Positions 48,532-58,803 of a stretch of 64,000 nucleotides of DNA are shown in pieces. Origin of the DNA: an uncultured Pseudomonadota bacterium (GTDB lineage: Bacteria > Oederibacteriota > Muellerivitia > Muellerivitales > Muellerivitaceae); the NCBI GenBank assembly GCA_963836235.1, contig CAWIIP010000004.1, forward strand, positions 288,001-352,000. Direction: 5' to 3'. The position numbers and the translations under genes are program-made. Numbering within the stretch: the stretch's first letter is position 1; the number at the start of each line of letters is the position of its first letter. The notes beneath the pieces were generated by a model. It had not been told where the DNA came from. It was given only the letters and a program-made list of their open reading frames with translations, and ran no database searches.

Positions 48532-49313
48532 GCATCCTTCAAAAAATCGCCGAAACCAAAAGAACGGAAATCGCCGAACTGAAAAAGACTCGGGGATTGT
48601 CCTCCCTGAAGGAAGGCGCTAAATCCAAAATGGCTCCCCGCGATTTTTTGAAAGCCGTCCACCGGCCCGGGAAGCTGTCCCTGATCGGCGAACTTAAAAA
48701 AGCGAGTCCTTCCAAAGGGGTATTGAGACAAGATTTTCAAATCGAACCTTTGGCGAAGTCCTATGCCAAGGCGGGTGTGGACGCTCTTTCGGTCCTGACG
48801 GATGTACAGTATTTTCAAGGTCACCTTTCTTATTTAAGAAAGGCCAAAGAAGTGTCGGGTCTGCCCGTTTTGCGGAAAGATTTCCTGATCGACGAGCATC
48901 AAATCTACGAGTCGCGTGAAGCGGGCGCGGATGCCATCCTCCTGATTGTGGCCATGATGCCCTCCGCTAAATTAAAAGAGCTGTTGGCGGTGGCAGATGA
49001 ATTGAAGATGACGACCTTAGTCGAAGTGCATGATGAAAGGGAGTTGGAGGTCGCGCTTCGTGTCGGAACCAAATTGATGGGGATCAATAACCGGAATCTG
49101 AATGATTTCACAGTGACCCTCCAAACCACCCTTGATTTAATCAAGAAATGTCCAAAGGATTTACCCATCGTCAGTGAAAGCGGTATCTTCACCCGGGAGG
49201 ATTGTTTGTTGCTGAAAGAGTCGGGGGCTTCGACTCTTCTCATTGGCGAGGCCTTCATGAGCGCTCCTGACGTGGAAGCCGCGGTAAAGGCTTTGTTCCC
49301 CCTGGAGGGTTGA
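48528..49313 (+). CDS. trpC: Indole-3-glycerol phosphate synthase
   Basis: ELKKASPSKG, LRKDF, GINNRNL. Confidence 0.96.
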   Translation: MSILQKIAETKRTEIAELKKTRGLSSLKEGAKSKMAPRDFLKAVHRPGKLSLIGELKKASPSKGVLRQDFQIEPLAKSYAKAGVDALSVLTDVQYFQGHLSYLRKAKEVSGLPVLRKDFLIDEHQIYESREAGADAILLIVAMMPSAKLKELLAVADELKMTTLVEVHDERELEVALRVGTKLMGINNRNLNDFTVTLQTTLDLIKKCPKDLPIVSESGIFTREDCLLLKESGASTLLIGEAFMSAPDVEAAVKALFPLEG

Positions 49314-49949
49314 ATGTTTCGAGTCAAGATTTGCGGGGTCACCCGCCCGATCGACGTTCAAATGATCGCCAAAGCCGGGGCGGATGCCATTGGGTTCCAA
49401 ATGTCCATGGGCCCCCGCAAGATTACCCCATTGCAGGCCAAGCGGTTGATCAAGCGGATTCCGCCTTGGGTGACGCCCGTCGGTGTTTTCGTTAACGAAG
49501 CGCTTTCCAAGGTAAAAAGGTTGATTAAACTTTGCGGTTTCCAAGTTGTCCAATTACACGGAGAGGAAACGGAGTCCTATTGCGAGAAAATCAATGTTCC
49601 CGTCATCAAGGTCATTCGGATGAAAAATGCAATGGCTTACAATGATTTCCAGGGCTTTCGGGTTGCGGCCTTTTTGTTGGACTCCTATAATAAAAACATT
49701 CCCGGTGGAACCGGACAAATGTTTCAGTTCTCATGGGCCCGGAAGGCCGTTCAAAAACTTCCAGCCCCGGTTTTGATAGCGGGTGGTTTAACATCTGACA
49801 ATGTCCAAAAGGCTATCCGGTTTTCCCGTGCTTTTGGAGTGGATGTTTCCAGCGGTGTGGAAGCCCGGCCCGGCCTCAAAGATCCCCGTAAAGTTTCCCT
49901 TTTCATTCGTCGCGCGCAAAGTGCCTTTCGTACTCTTAAAGGAAATTGA
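49314..49949 (+). CDS. trpF: Phosphoribosylanthranilate isomerase
   Basis: VKICG, QLHG, GGTG, DVSSGVE. Confidence 0.95.
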   Translation: MFRVKICGVTRPIDVQMIAKAGADAIGFQMSMGPRKITPLQAKRLIKRIPPWVTPVGVFVNEALSKVKRLIKLCGFQVVQLHGEETESYCEKINVPVIKVIRMKNAMAYNDFQGFRVAAFLLDSYNKNIPGGTGQMFQFSWARKAVQKLPAPVLIAGGLTSDNVQKAIRFSRAFGVDVSSGVEARPGLKDPRKVSLFIRRAQSAFRTLKGN

Positions 49950-49955
49950 GGCTCC

Positions 49956-50534
49956 ATGGCCGACCAGAAGTCGCTCACCATCAAATTGGCACATATTTAC
50001 TATCACACGGGCAGTTGGGACAAAGCCATTGTGGAGTACGAGAAGATTATCGCCATGGACCCCGCCGACTTTAATGTCCACGTGACCTTGGGTGAGTTGT
50101 ATTTAAAAAAAGGGGATTTGGAAAGATCTTTCAAGGAATTCGAACTTTCCGCCAATGGGTATTTGCGGGAAAAGAACGTCAAGAAAGCCGCGGGCGCTTA
50201 TCGTGAGATGGCCAATTTGATCCAGAAAATGATTGAACCCCAAGATTTGGAAAAGGCTATTGTCTTGTATAAAGAAATTTTAGTAAAAATGCCGGAGTCG
50301 ACGGAGACCATGACCAATCTGCGTGATCTTTACCTGAGACATAACCAAATTGCCGAAGCGATTTCCTATACCCTTTCCTTGGGCGATCTTTATAATCGCC
50401 TGGATTACGTGGACAAGGCCGAAAATGAATATGTCAAAGCGGCCACCTTGGATCCGGCCCATGAGGGCGCCAAGGGGAAACTGGAACAATTGCGAAATGA
50501 ACTCAAGCAAACCAAGCCTCCAGGAGATGGGTAA
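49956..50534 (+). CDS. Tetratricopeptide repeat protein
   Basis: Repeated LG.LY...A...Y helical motifs. Confidence 0.85.
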   Translation: MADQKSLTIKLAHIYYHTGSWDKAIVEYEKIIAMDPADFNVHVTLGELYLKKGDLERSFKEFELSANGYLREKNVKKAAGAYREMANLIQKMIEPQDLEKAIVLYKEILVKMPESTETMTNLRDLYLRHNQIAEAISYTLSLGDLYNRLDYVDKAENEYVKAATLDPAHEGAKGKLEQLRNELKQTKPPGDG

Positions 50535-51744
50535 GGTGGCCTCCATCCCGAACGATCAAGGTTACTTCGGACCCTATGGGGGTCAGTATGTGCCTGAAAC
50601 TCTGATGGTGGCTTTGCGCGAATTGATCACCGCCTATGACCAATCTCGCCGAGACCCCCGATTCAAGAAAGAAATCCAGTATTACCTGTCCGAATATGAT
50701 GGAAGGCCCACACCTCTTACTTTCGCGGCGAATTTGACACGGCTTCTCAAGGGAGGCCGGATTTATCTGAAAAGGGAGGATTTGAACCACACTGGGGCCC
50801 ATAAAATAAATAATTGCCTTGGCCAAATCCTTTTAGCCCGTCGAATGGGAAAAAAACGCGTCATTGCCGAGACCGGAGCGGGCCAGCATGGGGTGGCCAC
50901 CGCCACCGTTTGCGCTTTGTTTGGAATGCGATGCGAAGTCTATATGGGTGAGGAAGATGTCCGCCGCCAGGCCTTGAATGTTTTTCGCATGAAGCTATTA
51001 GGAGCCCAGGTCCACGCTGTTTCCGCCGGCACCAAAACCCTCAAAGACGCCATGAGCGAGGCTATCCGGGATTGGGTAACCAATGTTAGGACGACCTATT
51101 ACCTGATCGGTTCCACCGCTGGTCCCCATCCCTATCCGATGATTGTGCGGGATTTCCAGAAGGTGATCGGTCAGGAAGCCCGCCGCCAGATTTTAATGCA
51201 GGCAGGAAAGCTACCGGATACTTTAGTGGCTTGTGTCAACGGCGGTTCAAACGCAATCGGATTGTTTTATCCCTTTATTCGGGATAAGAAGGTGAAAATG
51301 ATTGGGGTAGAAGCCGCTGGTGACGGGGTCAAAACCCGCCGGCATGCCGCCACCATGGAGAAAGGGAAGCCCGGCGTTCTGCATGGCAGCTATAGCTATG
51401 TGCTGCAGGACAAAGACGGCCAGATTGCCGAGACCCATTCCATCTCAGCGGGGTTGGATTATCCCGGGGTGGGACCTGAACACGCCTGGTTGAAAGATAC
51501 GAAGAGAGCATCTTATGTTTCGGTGACGGATAAACAGGCTTTGGAAGCTTTTCAAATATTGGCCCGCAATGAAGGCATCCTTCCGGCTTTGGAAAGCGCC
51601 CATGCGGTCTACCAGGCCATGAAAATAGCGCCCCGGATGAAAAAAAACTCGATTCTGATCGTGAACCTTTCAGGACGGGGGGATAAAGATGTTAATACCG
51701 TTCTGGAACGCCTAGGTCCCGGTTTTCAAGGTGGAAAGAAGTGA
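50527..51744 (+). CDS. trpB: Tryptophan synthase beta chain
   Basis: [26 protein letters not shown]. Confidence 0.98.
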   Translation: MGKVASIPNDQGYFGPYGGQYVPETLMVALRELITAYDQSRRDPRFKKEIQYYLSEYDGRPTPLTFAANLTRLLKGGRIYLKREDLNHTGAHKINNCLGQILLARRMGKKRVIAETGAGQHGVATATVCALFGMRCEVYMGEEDVRRQALNVFRMKLLGAQVHAVSAGTKTLKDAMSEAIRDWVTNVRTTYYLIGSTAGPHPYPMIVRDFQKVIGQEARRQILMQAGKLPDTLVACVNGGSNAIGLFYPFIRDKKVKMIGVEAAGDGVKTRRHAATMEKGKPGVLHGSYSYVLQDKDGQIAETHSISAGLDYPGVGPEHAWLKDTKRASYVSVTDKQALEAFQILARNEGILPALESAHAVYQAMKIAPRMKKNSILIVNLSGRGDKDVNTVLERLGPGFQGGKK

Positions 51745-52547
51745 GCCGCCGACTCCATCGCCTGTTCCAAGAGGCAAAAGATCATCATAAGCCTCTTTTT
51801 TTACCTTATATCTGTTTGGGGTATCCTAACTATAAGGCATCTTTGGAATCCGCAAAAGCGGCTCTGGAAGCCGGTGCCGCAGCATTGGAATTGGGAGTAC
51901 CCTTTTCCGATCCGATCGCGGATGGACCCACGCTTCAAAAAGCTACCCACCTTTCTCTCAAAAACGGAACCCGTTTCTCAGATGTCTTCCGAATGATCAA
52001 AGATTTGCGAAAGAGTAATTTTTCCCAACCCCTGTTGGTCATGACTTATTTAAACTTGGTGGAACAAATGGGCCGTGAAAAATTCGCCGAAGTTCTTTCG
52101 AACTCTGGGGGCGATGGAGCAATTATTCCTGACTTGCCTCTGGAACAATTTGCCCCTCTTCGTTTATTGCTGCGCCGAAAAAACCTAGCCTTAATCCCCT
52201 TTATTGCCCCCACTTCCAATGATGAAAGGATCAAAAAGGCCGATGCCCAAGGGGCTCCTTTTTTGTATTATGTCTCGGTTACCGGGGTTACCGGGGCCCG
52301 CAAAAGGCTGGCGCCTGATCTTTTGGCGACCTTGGGACGTTTACGGCACCAGTTGAGGACGCCGTTGGTAGTTGGATTCGGCATCTCCACGCCGGCCCAG
52401 GCGGCGCAGGTTGGAAAGACTGCGGATGGAGTGATCATCGCGAGTGCGTTGGTGCAATTGATTTCAAAAACCAAGCTCCCCGAAATCGGAAGAGCCGTTG
52501 GCGTATTTTGTCGGCAGGTCGTAAAACAATTATCGGCAGGCAGTTGA
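51741..52547 (+). CDS. trpA: Tryptophan synthase alpha chain
   Basis: [23 protein letters not shown]. Confidence 0.97.
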   Translation: MSRRLHRLFQEAKDHHKPLFLPYICLGYPNYKASLESAKAALEAGAAALELGVPFSDPIADGPTLQKATHLSLKNGTRFSDVFRMIKDLRKSNFSQPLLVMTYLNLVEQMGREKFAEVLSNSGGDGAIIPDLPLEQFAPLRLLLRRKNLALIPFIAPTSNDERIKKADAQGAPFLYYVSVTGVTGARKRLAPDLLATLGRLRHQLRTPLVVGFGISTPAQAAQVGKTADGVIIASALVQLISKTKLPEIGRAVGVFCRQVVKQLSAGS

Positions 52548-52579
52548 CGGTTTTTAGTTAAGGTTTGAAGGAGCGTTTC

Positions 52580-53419
52580 GTGGCCTGGTATCAAAAGCCC
52601 AAAAAAGAAATCACCAAAGTCCAAGGGAAAAAGCAGGTCCAAGTTCCCCAAGGCCTCTACGCAAAATGTAAAGGCTGCTCGGCGATTCTCTATAACAAAG
52701 ACCTGGATAAGAACTATAAGGTTTGTCCTAAGTGTGGTTATCACTACCAGCTTTCCGCCTTGGAGCGCCTTTATTTGACCTTGGATTCGGGATTTTTCGA
52801 GGAATTTGACGAAAAAATGCTTTCAGAGAATCCCCTGGGTTTTCCTGAATACGATGACAAACTCAAAAAAGGCCAGGAAAAGGTCAAAATGAACGACGCG
52901 GTGATTACCGGGTTGGGTGAAATTAACGGCCAACCTGTCTCGATTGCGATTATGGATTTTCAGTTTATGGGCGGAAGTTTGGGCAGCGTAGTGGGTGAGA
53001 AAATCACGCGCACCGTTGAACGCGCCATCGAAAAAAAAATCGGGGTTATCATTGTTTCGACTTCGGGCGGTGCTCGTATGCAGGAGGGAATTTTTTCTCT
53101 GATGCAAATGGCCAAGACCTCGGCCGCTTTGGCGCGCCTGGGTGAGGCGGGACTGCCTTATATCTCCGTTTTGACGGACCCCACCACCGGCGGGGTGGCG
53201 GCTTCTTACAGTATGTTGGGCGACGTAAACTTGGCCGAACCGGGGGCCATGGTCGGTTTCGCTGGGCCGCGGGTTATCGAGCAAACTATTCGGCAGAAAC
53301 TTCCCAAAGGTTTTCAACGCGCGGAATTCCTTGTTGATCACGGTTTTGTGGATGTCATCGTTCCCCGTAGTGAAATGAAGCAAACCCTTGGAAAGTACCT
53401 GAAGTTCTTCCGGTCTTGA
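52580..53419 (+). CDS. accD: Acetyl-CoA carboxylase carboxyltransferase beta subunit
   Basis: Zn ribbon, GGSLGSVVGEK, SGGARMQEG. Confidence 0.97.
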   Translation: MAWYQKPKKEITKVQGKKQVQVPQGLYAKCKGCSAILYNKDLDKNYKVCPKCGYHYQLSALERLYLTLDSGFFEEFDEKMLSENPLGFPEYDDKLKKGQEKVKMNDAVITGLGEINGQPVSIAIMDFQFMGGSLGSVVGEKITRTVERAIEKKIGVIIVSTSGGARMQEGIFSLMQMAKTSAALARLGEAGLPYISVLTDPTTGGVAASYSMLGDVNLAEPGAMVGFAGPRVIEQTIRQKLPKGFQRAEFLVDHGFVDVIVPRSEMKQTLGKYLKFFRS

Positions 53420-54708
53420 AACCGAAGCTCCACTTAGAATCCCTTGAACAATTAGGCTGGCGGTTTGGCCTTCAAACCATCCAAGCCCTCTTGGATGAAT
53501 TAAGCCATCCTGAGCTCACCCTTCAAGTTGTTCATGTGGCCGGTTCCAATGGCAAGGGCTCTACCTGCGCTTTTATGGCTTCCTTCCTTAAACTTTGTGG
53601 CTATAAAACCGGTCTTTATACCTCCCCCCATTTGTGTGATGTCCGCGAACGGTTTCGTTTGAACGGCGAATGGATTTCCCAAAATGATTTTAACCGCCAT
53701 GCCCAGAGGGTTTTGCGGGCTTGTCTTCAAGTCCAAAAAAAACTGGGCCATCTTCCGACGCATTTCGAGGCTTTAACCGCAATCGCTTTTTCGTGGTTCG
53801 AAGAACAAAAAGTGGACTGGGTGGTTTTAGAAGTGGGTCTTGGCGGAAGACTAGACGCGACCAATATTATTCCGTCCCCGGCAGTCTCGCTCATTGCGCC
53901 TGTAGGCTTAGAACACGAAAACATACTTGGAAAAACTCTCGGAAAGATCGCGAGAGAGAAAGCCGGTATTTTGAAAGAAGGCTGTTTGGCCGCCACGGTT
54001 CAGTACCATCAGGAAGCCGCCAAAGCTATCGACGGGACAGCCAGGGAAAAAGGCGCCAAACTTTGGCTGGCTGGGCGTGACTTCATTTTTCGTAAAGAGT
54101 CGGAAGGCTTTTCTTGGGAGGGGCCGGGTTTGATACGCCGGTTCAAACTCCCCGAGATTGACGATTTTCAACTGCCCAATGCCGCCCTGGCAGTGGCAGG
54201 GATTCAATGTTTGAAAACTTTTGGGATTTCCCAAGGGTCCGGAATAATAGAAAAATCGCTTGAAGCTATGCGTTGGCCTGGCCGAGTGGAAGAAGTGAGT
54301 CGAAAACCTTTAGTTGTCCTGGATGGGGCTCATAATCCTCAAGCGGCAAAAGCTCTTTTGCTGTCTATCCGAAATCGGTACCCGAATAAGCATTGGGTGG
54401 TTTTGAGCGGTTTTTTGAGCGATAAAAACTATCGGTCTTTTACCAAGATACTGGCGCCGCTAACAGACTTGTCGATTGTAACCGCGCCTTTCAGCGAGCG
54501 CGCGGAAAAGGGAAGTAACGTTTTTCAAGCCTGGGAAAAATCCGGGGTCAAAACTATTCTGATCCAGAATTGGGAAAAAGCGTTTGCTTTTTCATTGTCT
54601 AAAACGCGACAAGCCAATAATTTAGGACTCTTGATCACGGGATCACTTTATTTAGTGGGGGCATGCCGGAAATGCTTGGTGGGATTAAAAGGGCTGAAGA
54701 CAATTTAA
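53416..54708 (+). CDS. folC: Folylpolyglutamate / dihydrofolate synthase
   Basis: HVAGSNGKGS, EVGLGGRLDATN, DGAHN. Confidence 0.96.
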   Translation: MKPKLHLESLEQLGWRFGLQTIQALLDELSHPELTLQVVHVAGSNGKGSTCAFMASFLKLCGYKTGLYTSPHLCDVRERFRLNGEWISQNDFNRHAQRVLRACLQVQKKLGHLPTHFEALTAIAFSWFEEQKVDWVVLEVGLGGRLDATNIIPSPAVSLIAPVGLEHENILGKTLGKIAREKAGILKEGCLAATVQYHQEAAKAIDGTAREKGAKLWLAGRDFIFRKESEGFSWEGPGLIRRFKLPEIDDFQLPNAALAVAGIQCLKTFGISQGSGIIEKSLEAMRWPGRVEEVSRKPLVVLDGAHNPQAAKALLLSIRNRYPNKHWVVLSGFLSDKNYRSFTKILAPLTDLSIVTAPFSERAEKGSNVFQAWEKSGVKTILIQNWEKAFAFSLSKTRQANNLGLLITGSLYLVGACRKCLVGLKGLKTI

Positions 54709-56165
54709 CGTCAGCTGGTGGTCGTACCAATGTCAGGTACAGGTCATGGGTGGATTACGCAATCCTCGCCCTCATCACCGTGTTGATTGTCCTATTCAAT
54801 GATCGGTGGATAAGCGAGGAAACCCGCCCGCCCCATTGGGATATGGGCTGGCATCTTTCCAACAGCCTTAGTTACCTGGCGACGCTTCATTTAAGGACGT
54901 TTTACAGGCTTTGGACGGATTACCTTTTTTACCCGCCGTTCCGCTATTGGACGACCCTCCCTTTTTACCTGGTTTTCGGAAAGACCGTGCGGGTGGCTGT
55001 GGATACCAACATTCTTTTCATCTCCCTCTTGGCCTTTTCGATTTACGGCATCGGCCGGGAATTGTGGAACCGTTGGACCGGTCTCTTGGCTTCGGTTTTC
55101 ATCCTAGCCTCCCCTTTTTATGTTTCACAGTTTAAGGAGTATCAATTGGATGCCCCCCTGGGGGCAATGGCGGCTTTCAGCCTTTATCTCCTCATTAAAA
55201 CCAACGATTTTTCCGAAAAAAGAACTTCCCGGCTTTTTGGCCTTTCGTTCGCGCTGGGAATGTTGACGAAGTGGGTGTTCTTCCTCTGCATGGCTTTCCC
55301 CCTTTTGGATGTTGTCATCCGGATTTGGAGTAAAAATCAAGATTCAAAAAAACAAAAGCTCTTGAACCTGAGGGATGCCGCCGTTATCGCTTCGGTTCTA
55401 TCGCTTTTTTTCTGGTACGCCCATCATCCGCCAAAATTGCTTTATGACATGTATCACTTTAGAACCTCGGGCGATCCGCCCGTTTATTACTGGTATTCGA
55501 TTTCATACTATTGGCGTTCATTGTGGTACCAGCTTTACCTGATCCCTTTTTGCCTTTTTATTCTGGGGCTTTTTATCACCCTTTTGTGGAAAGAGGCGCG
55601 GGTCCGGAACCGCCCCCTTTTGCTTTTTCTTATCGGGAATTATCTCCTCTTCACCCCGCTTCATAAGGATCCGCGTTACACGATGCCGATGCTGGTGGGC
55701 GTATCTTTGATCGCGGTTTTTCCCTTGAGCCTGATTAAAAATGGGATGCTGAAAATGGCGTCATCCCTTTTGCTTTTCATTTATTGCGCCTTCGCTTTCT
55801 ATTTCATCAGCTTTGGGCAAGGGAACCTGGCTTTTAAAGGGATAACCTTCCTTTCCGCCCACGGCTATCTCATCGGCGCGCCTACCCATGAAAATTGGCA
55901 CCAGGAAGAAATCATCCAGGCCATCGCCAGCTATCCCCCCGAGGAGAGGGAAGAGGCGTTCCCGGGCCCGGAAACGCTGTGGTTTAACGGCTGCGGCATG
56001 GGCTTTTACGCGAAGAAATATGGTGTTCAAACCAGGTCGATCGAGGACAGGCCGGCCTTCCTAGTGTTGAGGGGCGCAACCGAACCCACCGTGCCCGAAG
56101 GTTATTATTTAATTCAAAAGTACGTTTTGCCCGATGGAAGCCTGGTGGAATTATGCAAACGCTGA
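54663..56165 (+). CDS. Glycosyltransferase family 39 / ArnT-like (GT-C)
   Basis: PPHWD, YPP, QLD, LTKW, DPRY; multi-TM; start uncertain. Confidence 0.75.
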   Translation: MPEMLGGIKRAEDNLTSAGGRTNVRYRSWVDYAILALITVLIVLFNDRWISEETRPPHWDMGWHLSNSLSYLATLHLRTFYRLWTDYLFYPPFRYWTTLPFYLVFGKTVRVAVDTNILFISLLAFSIYGIGRELWNRWTGLLASVFILASPFYVSQFKEYQLDAPLGAMAAFSLYLLIKTNDFSEKRTSRLFGLSFALGMLTKWVFFLCMAFPLLDVVIRIWSKNQDSKKQKLLNLRDAAVIASVLSLFFWYAHHPPKLLYDMYHFRTSGDPPVYYWYSISYYWRSLWYQLYLIPFCLFILGLFITLLWKEARVRNRPLLLFLIGNYLLFTPLHKDPRYTMPMLVGVSLIAVFPLSLIKNGMLKMASSLLLFIYCAFAFYFISFGQGNLAFKGITFLSAHGYLIGAPTHENWHQEEIIQAIASYPPEEREEAFPGPETLWFNGCGMGFYAKKYGVQTRSIEDRPAFLVLRGATEPTVPEGYYLIQKYVLPDGSLVELCKR

Positions 56166-57331
56166 GCGGCAATCCGCGGTTGCCATAGACCAGTCTGTAA
56201 TCCCAATAGGAAAAACTGGACGTTCATGAATTGATGGCTGAAGGTATATTCGGTCATCCCCCAGACCAAGATCGCGGTGAAGACACATAAAAAGGTCCAG
56301 TTCAGGGTTTGGGCTTTTAAGTCGTCAGATTGAAAGCGCAAAGCGGTTCCGTAATAAACGGCTATCCAAAAAAAGTAGGCCGCCAGTCCGATCCAACCAT
56401 TTTGGGCCAGGATTTGGAGAAAATTATTGTGAAGATGGGGAATGATCCATTCTGTGGAATTAGGATTGCGATACTTCGGAAAAATATCTTCCATATTTCC
56501 TTGGCCAATTCCCCAGGGATAATCCTTAATGATTTTAAATCCCGATGTCCATATGAAAACCCGTTCGTTATTGGCGCTTTGAACTTGGTGATCGGATCCG
56601 AAATGGACCCATATATCGCCGATGCTCTTGAACCTTTGTTGGAGAGCCGAAGGCAATAAAAAAGGAAGACACACTAGGATGACCCCTCCCGCCAGGAGCC
56701 ACTTCTTGTTGAAACGCCAGGCCCAAAAGGCGAAGCCGACGACTAAACCTAGCCAAGCGCCGCGGGTTTGGGTTAGGAGCAGTGCGGTTCCTAAAAGAGG
56801 CACCATAGCCCACCAGATGATGGTTCTTGGGTTGTTTTTCAAAAAATAGGCCAAGATCAAGAACGAGACCATTAAAAGGCCGCCGAAAACCATTTTGTCC
56901 CCGGAGAAGGAATCGATCCTGTCCTGATGAAGAGTAAAGTGTTTTCCAATTCCGAAAATGGCACAAACGGAACTTCCGTAAAGAAAGAACGACAAAATCT
57001 TTTCAATTTCCCTTGAATTTAGGGTGATGGCCCCGATAGGAAAGATCATTAGAAAGGTCAGGTATTTATGAACACGCCCGGCATGAAAACTGTTATAGGG
57101 GTTGACGCCTAAAACGGCGCCAAGAAAAAAAGTGAAAAGAAAAATAAGCGTAGCAATGGCAAAAAGCCCTTTGGGCCACTCGAATTTTTTTTTATTTTTA
57201 TAGTGGTCAAAAAGAAAAAGAACGACCGCGATCCAAATAATGTTTTGCAAAGCAATAGAGGCGACTGAAGTGGCCGCAAAGGCCAGAAGCAACCAAAAAA
57301 GGGGACGGGTGTAGGAAAGTTGGTTTTCCAT
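56114..57331 (-). CDS. O-antigen ligase (WaaL-like)
   Basis: TQTRGAW, ERVFIW, GIG, HLHNNFLQ..G.IG. Confidence 0.88.
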   Translation of the reverse strand: MENQLSYTRPLFWLLLAFAATSVASIALQNIIWIAVVLFLFDHYKNKKKFEWPKGLFAIATLIFLFTFFLGAVLGVNPYNSFHAGRVHKYLTFLMIFPIGAITLNSREIEKILSFFLYGSSVCAIFGIGKHFTLHQDRIDSFSGDKMVFGGLLMVSFLILAYFLKNNPRTIIWWAMVPLLGTALLLTQTRGAWLGLVVGFAFWAWRFNKKWLLAGGVILVCLPFLLPSALQQRFKSIGDIWVHFGSDHQVQSANNERVFIWTSGFKIIKDYPWGIGQGNMEDIFPKYRNPNSTEWIIPHLHNNFLQILAQNGWIGLAAYFFWIAVYYGTALRFQSDDLKAQTLNWTFLCVFTAILVWGMTEYTFSHQFMNVQFFLLGLQTGLWQPRIAAQRLHNSTRLPSGKTYF

Positions 57332-57585
57332 CGGGTTGATTATAAAACTCGCCAACCTTCTTCGGTTAAAAAACCCCATAAATTGAACCGCTTGTTCGTT
57401 GACAGGCCTAACCTTCGATGTTTAAATAACGGTGCTTTTGGTCGTCTTCCCCGCTTCATTCGTTGTTTGGTGATGCGGGCTCCCTTTTAGGAGCGGCGGA
57501 AATAAGTGCCGGTGGCGAATTTGGTTCTGACCCGTTCCCGCGTTTTTTCGAGACGGTTTGGTCCCTGGTCATGGAGGATATTGAA

Positions 57586-58692
57586 ATGTCGAAAGTTGTC
57601 CTTAAAAGCGTGAATAAGGTTTACGCAAATAATGTCGTAGCTGTCAATAATGTTAACATTGAAATTGCTGACAAGGAATTTCTGGTTCTCGTGGGTCCCT
57701 CGGGTTGTGGAAAGTCCACGACTCTTCGTATGGTGGCCGGCCTGGAAGAACTTTCCGGTGGCGAGATTCGAATCGACGACGTCCTGGTGAACGACGTTCC
57801 TCCCAAAGACCGCGATATTGCGATGGTTTTCCAAAATTACGCCTTGTATCCCCACATGACCGTGTTCGATAACATGGCTTTTGGATTGAAGCTCCGCAAG
57901 TATCCCAAGGAAGAAATCAAGCAACGTGTTTACGAGGCGGCCAACATCCTGGGCATCCAAGAACTATTGAATCGCCGCCCGAAGGAACTCTCCGGTGGTC
58001 AAAGGCAGCGCGTGGCGGTCGGACGGGCCATTGTTCGTAAACCTAAAGTGTTCCTTTTCGACGAGCCCCTTTCAAACCTGGACGCCAAATTGCGTGTTCA
58101 AATGCGGGCCGAAATCTCCAAGCTTCATACCCGCCTTCAAGCGACCATGATTTACGTTACGCATGATCAGCTGGAAGCCATGACGATGGGCGACCGTATT
58201 GCTGTCATGAAGGACGGTTACGTCCAACAGATCGCCGATCCCATTACCCTTTACGAAAAACCCGTCAATAAATTCGTGGCTGGATTCATCGGAACGCCCG
58301 CGATGAATTTCATGGAAGGGACGCTTAATAAGAAACGAATGGGTATCTTCTTCAATGAGGAAAACTTCGAAATTAAGCTTCCGGACAGTTTTACCGCACA
58401 GGTGGAGAGCCATGTGGGGCGTGAAGTTATCCTGGGAGTCAGGCCGGAGGACATCCACGATAAGATGGACGCCGCCAACGCTTCTCCCGACAACACGATC
58501 AGCGCAACCGTCGAAATAATCGAGCCTTTGGGAGCGGAAGCTTATCTTTACCTGACGACGGGTAAAAGTCCCTTTATCGCCAAGGTTGACAGCCACGAGC
58601 AAATTGAGATCAACCAGGACATCGAGTTGGTGTTCAACATGCAAAAGGCGCACATTTTCGATAAAGAAACGGAAAAGTGTCTGACCAATTGA
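57586..58692 (+). CDS. Carbohydrate ABC ATPase (MalK/UgpC/MsiK-like), orphan
   Basis: GPSGCGKST, VFQNYALYPH, LSGGQRQR, TOBE domain. Confidence 0.95.
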   Translation: MSKVVLKSVNKVYANNVVAVNNVNIEIADKEFLVLVGPSGCGKSTTLRMVAGLEELSGGEIRIDDVLVNDVPPKDRDIAMVFQNYALYPHMTVFDNMAFGLKLRKYPKEEIKQRVYEAANILGIQELLNRRPKELSGGQRQRVAVGRAIVRKPKVFLFDEPLSNLDAKLRVQMRAEISKLHTRLQATMIYVTHDQLEAMTMGDRIAVMKDGYVQQIADPITLYEKPVNKFVAGFIGTPAMNFMEGTLNKKRMGIFFNEENFEIKLPDSFTAQVESHVGREVILGVRPEDIHDKMDAANASPDNTISATVEIIEPLGAEAYLYLTTGKSPFIAKVDSHEQIEINQDIELVFNMQKAHIFDKETEKCLTN

Positions 58693-58719
58693 TGCTGGGT
58701 TTTAACCTGAAGTTATTTT

Positions 58720-58753
58720 TAAAAACCGGGGCGGCTTTCCGTCCCGGTTTTTG
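58720..58753 (+). terminator. Rho-independent terminator
   Basis: AAAAACCGGG...CCCGGTTTTT. Confidence 0.75.
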
Positions 58754-58803
58754 AGTTTTATGGTAACTTTGACCTTCCCTAAGCGTTACGCCAAGGAGAA
58801 CTC

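Noticed and set aside
57430-57585. Riboswitch in the GC-rich leader of the MalK-like gene
   Set aside because: No aptamer motif I can recognise; needs an Rfam scan.
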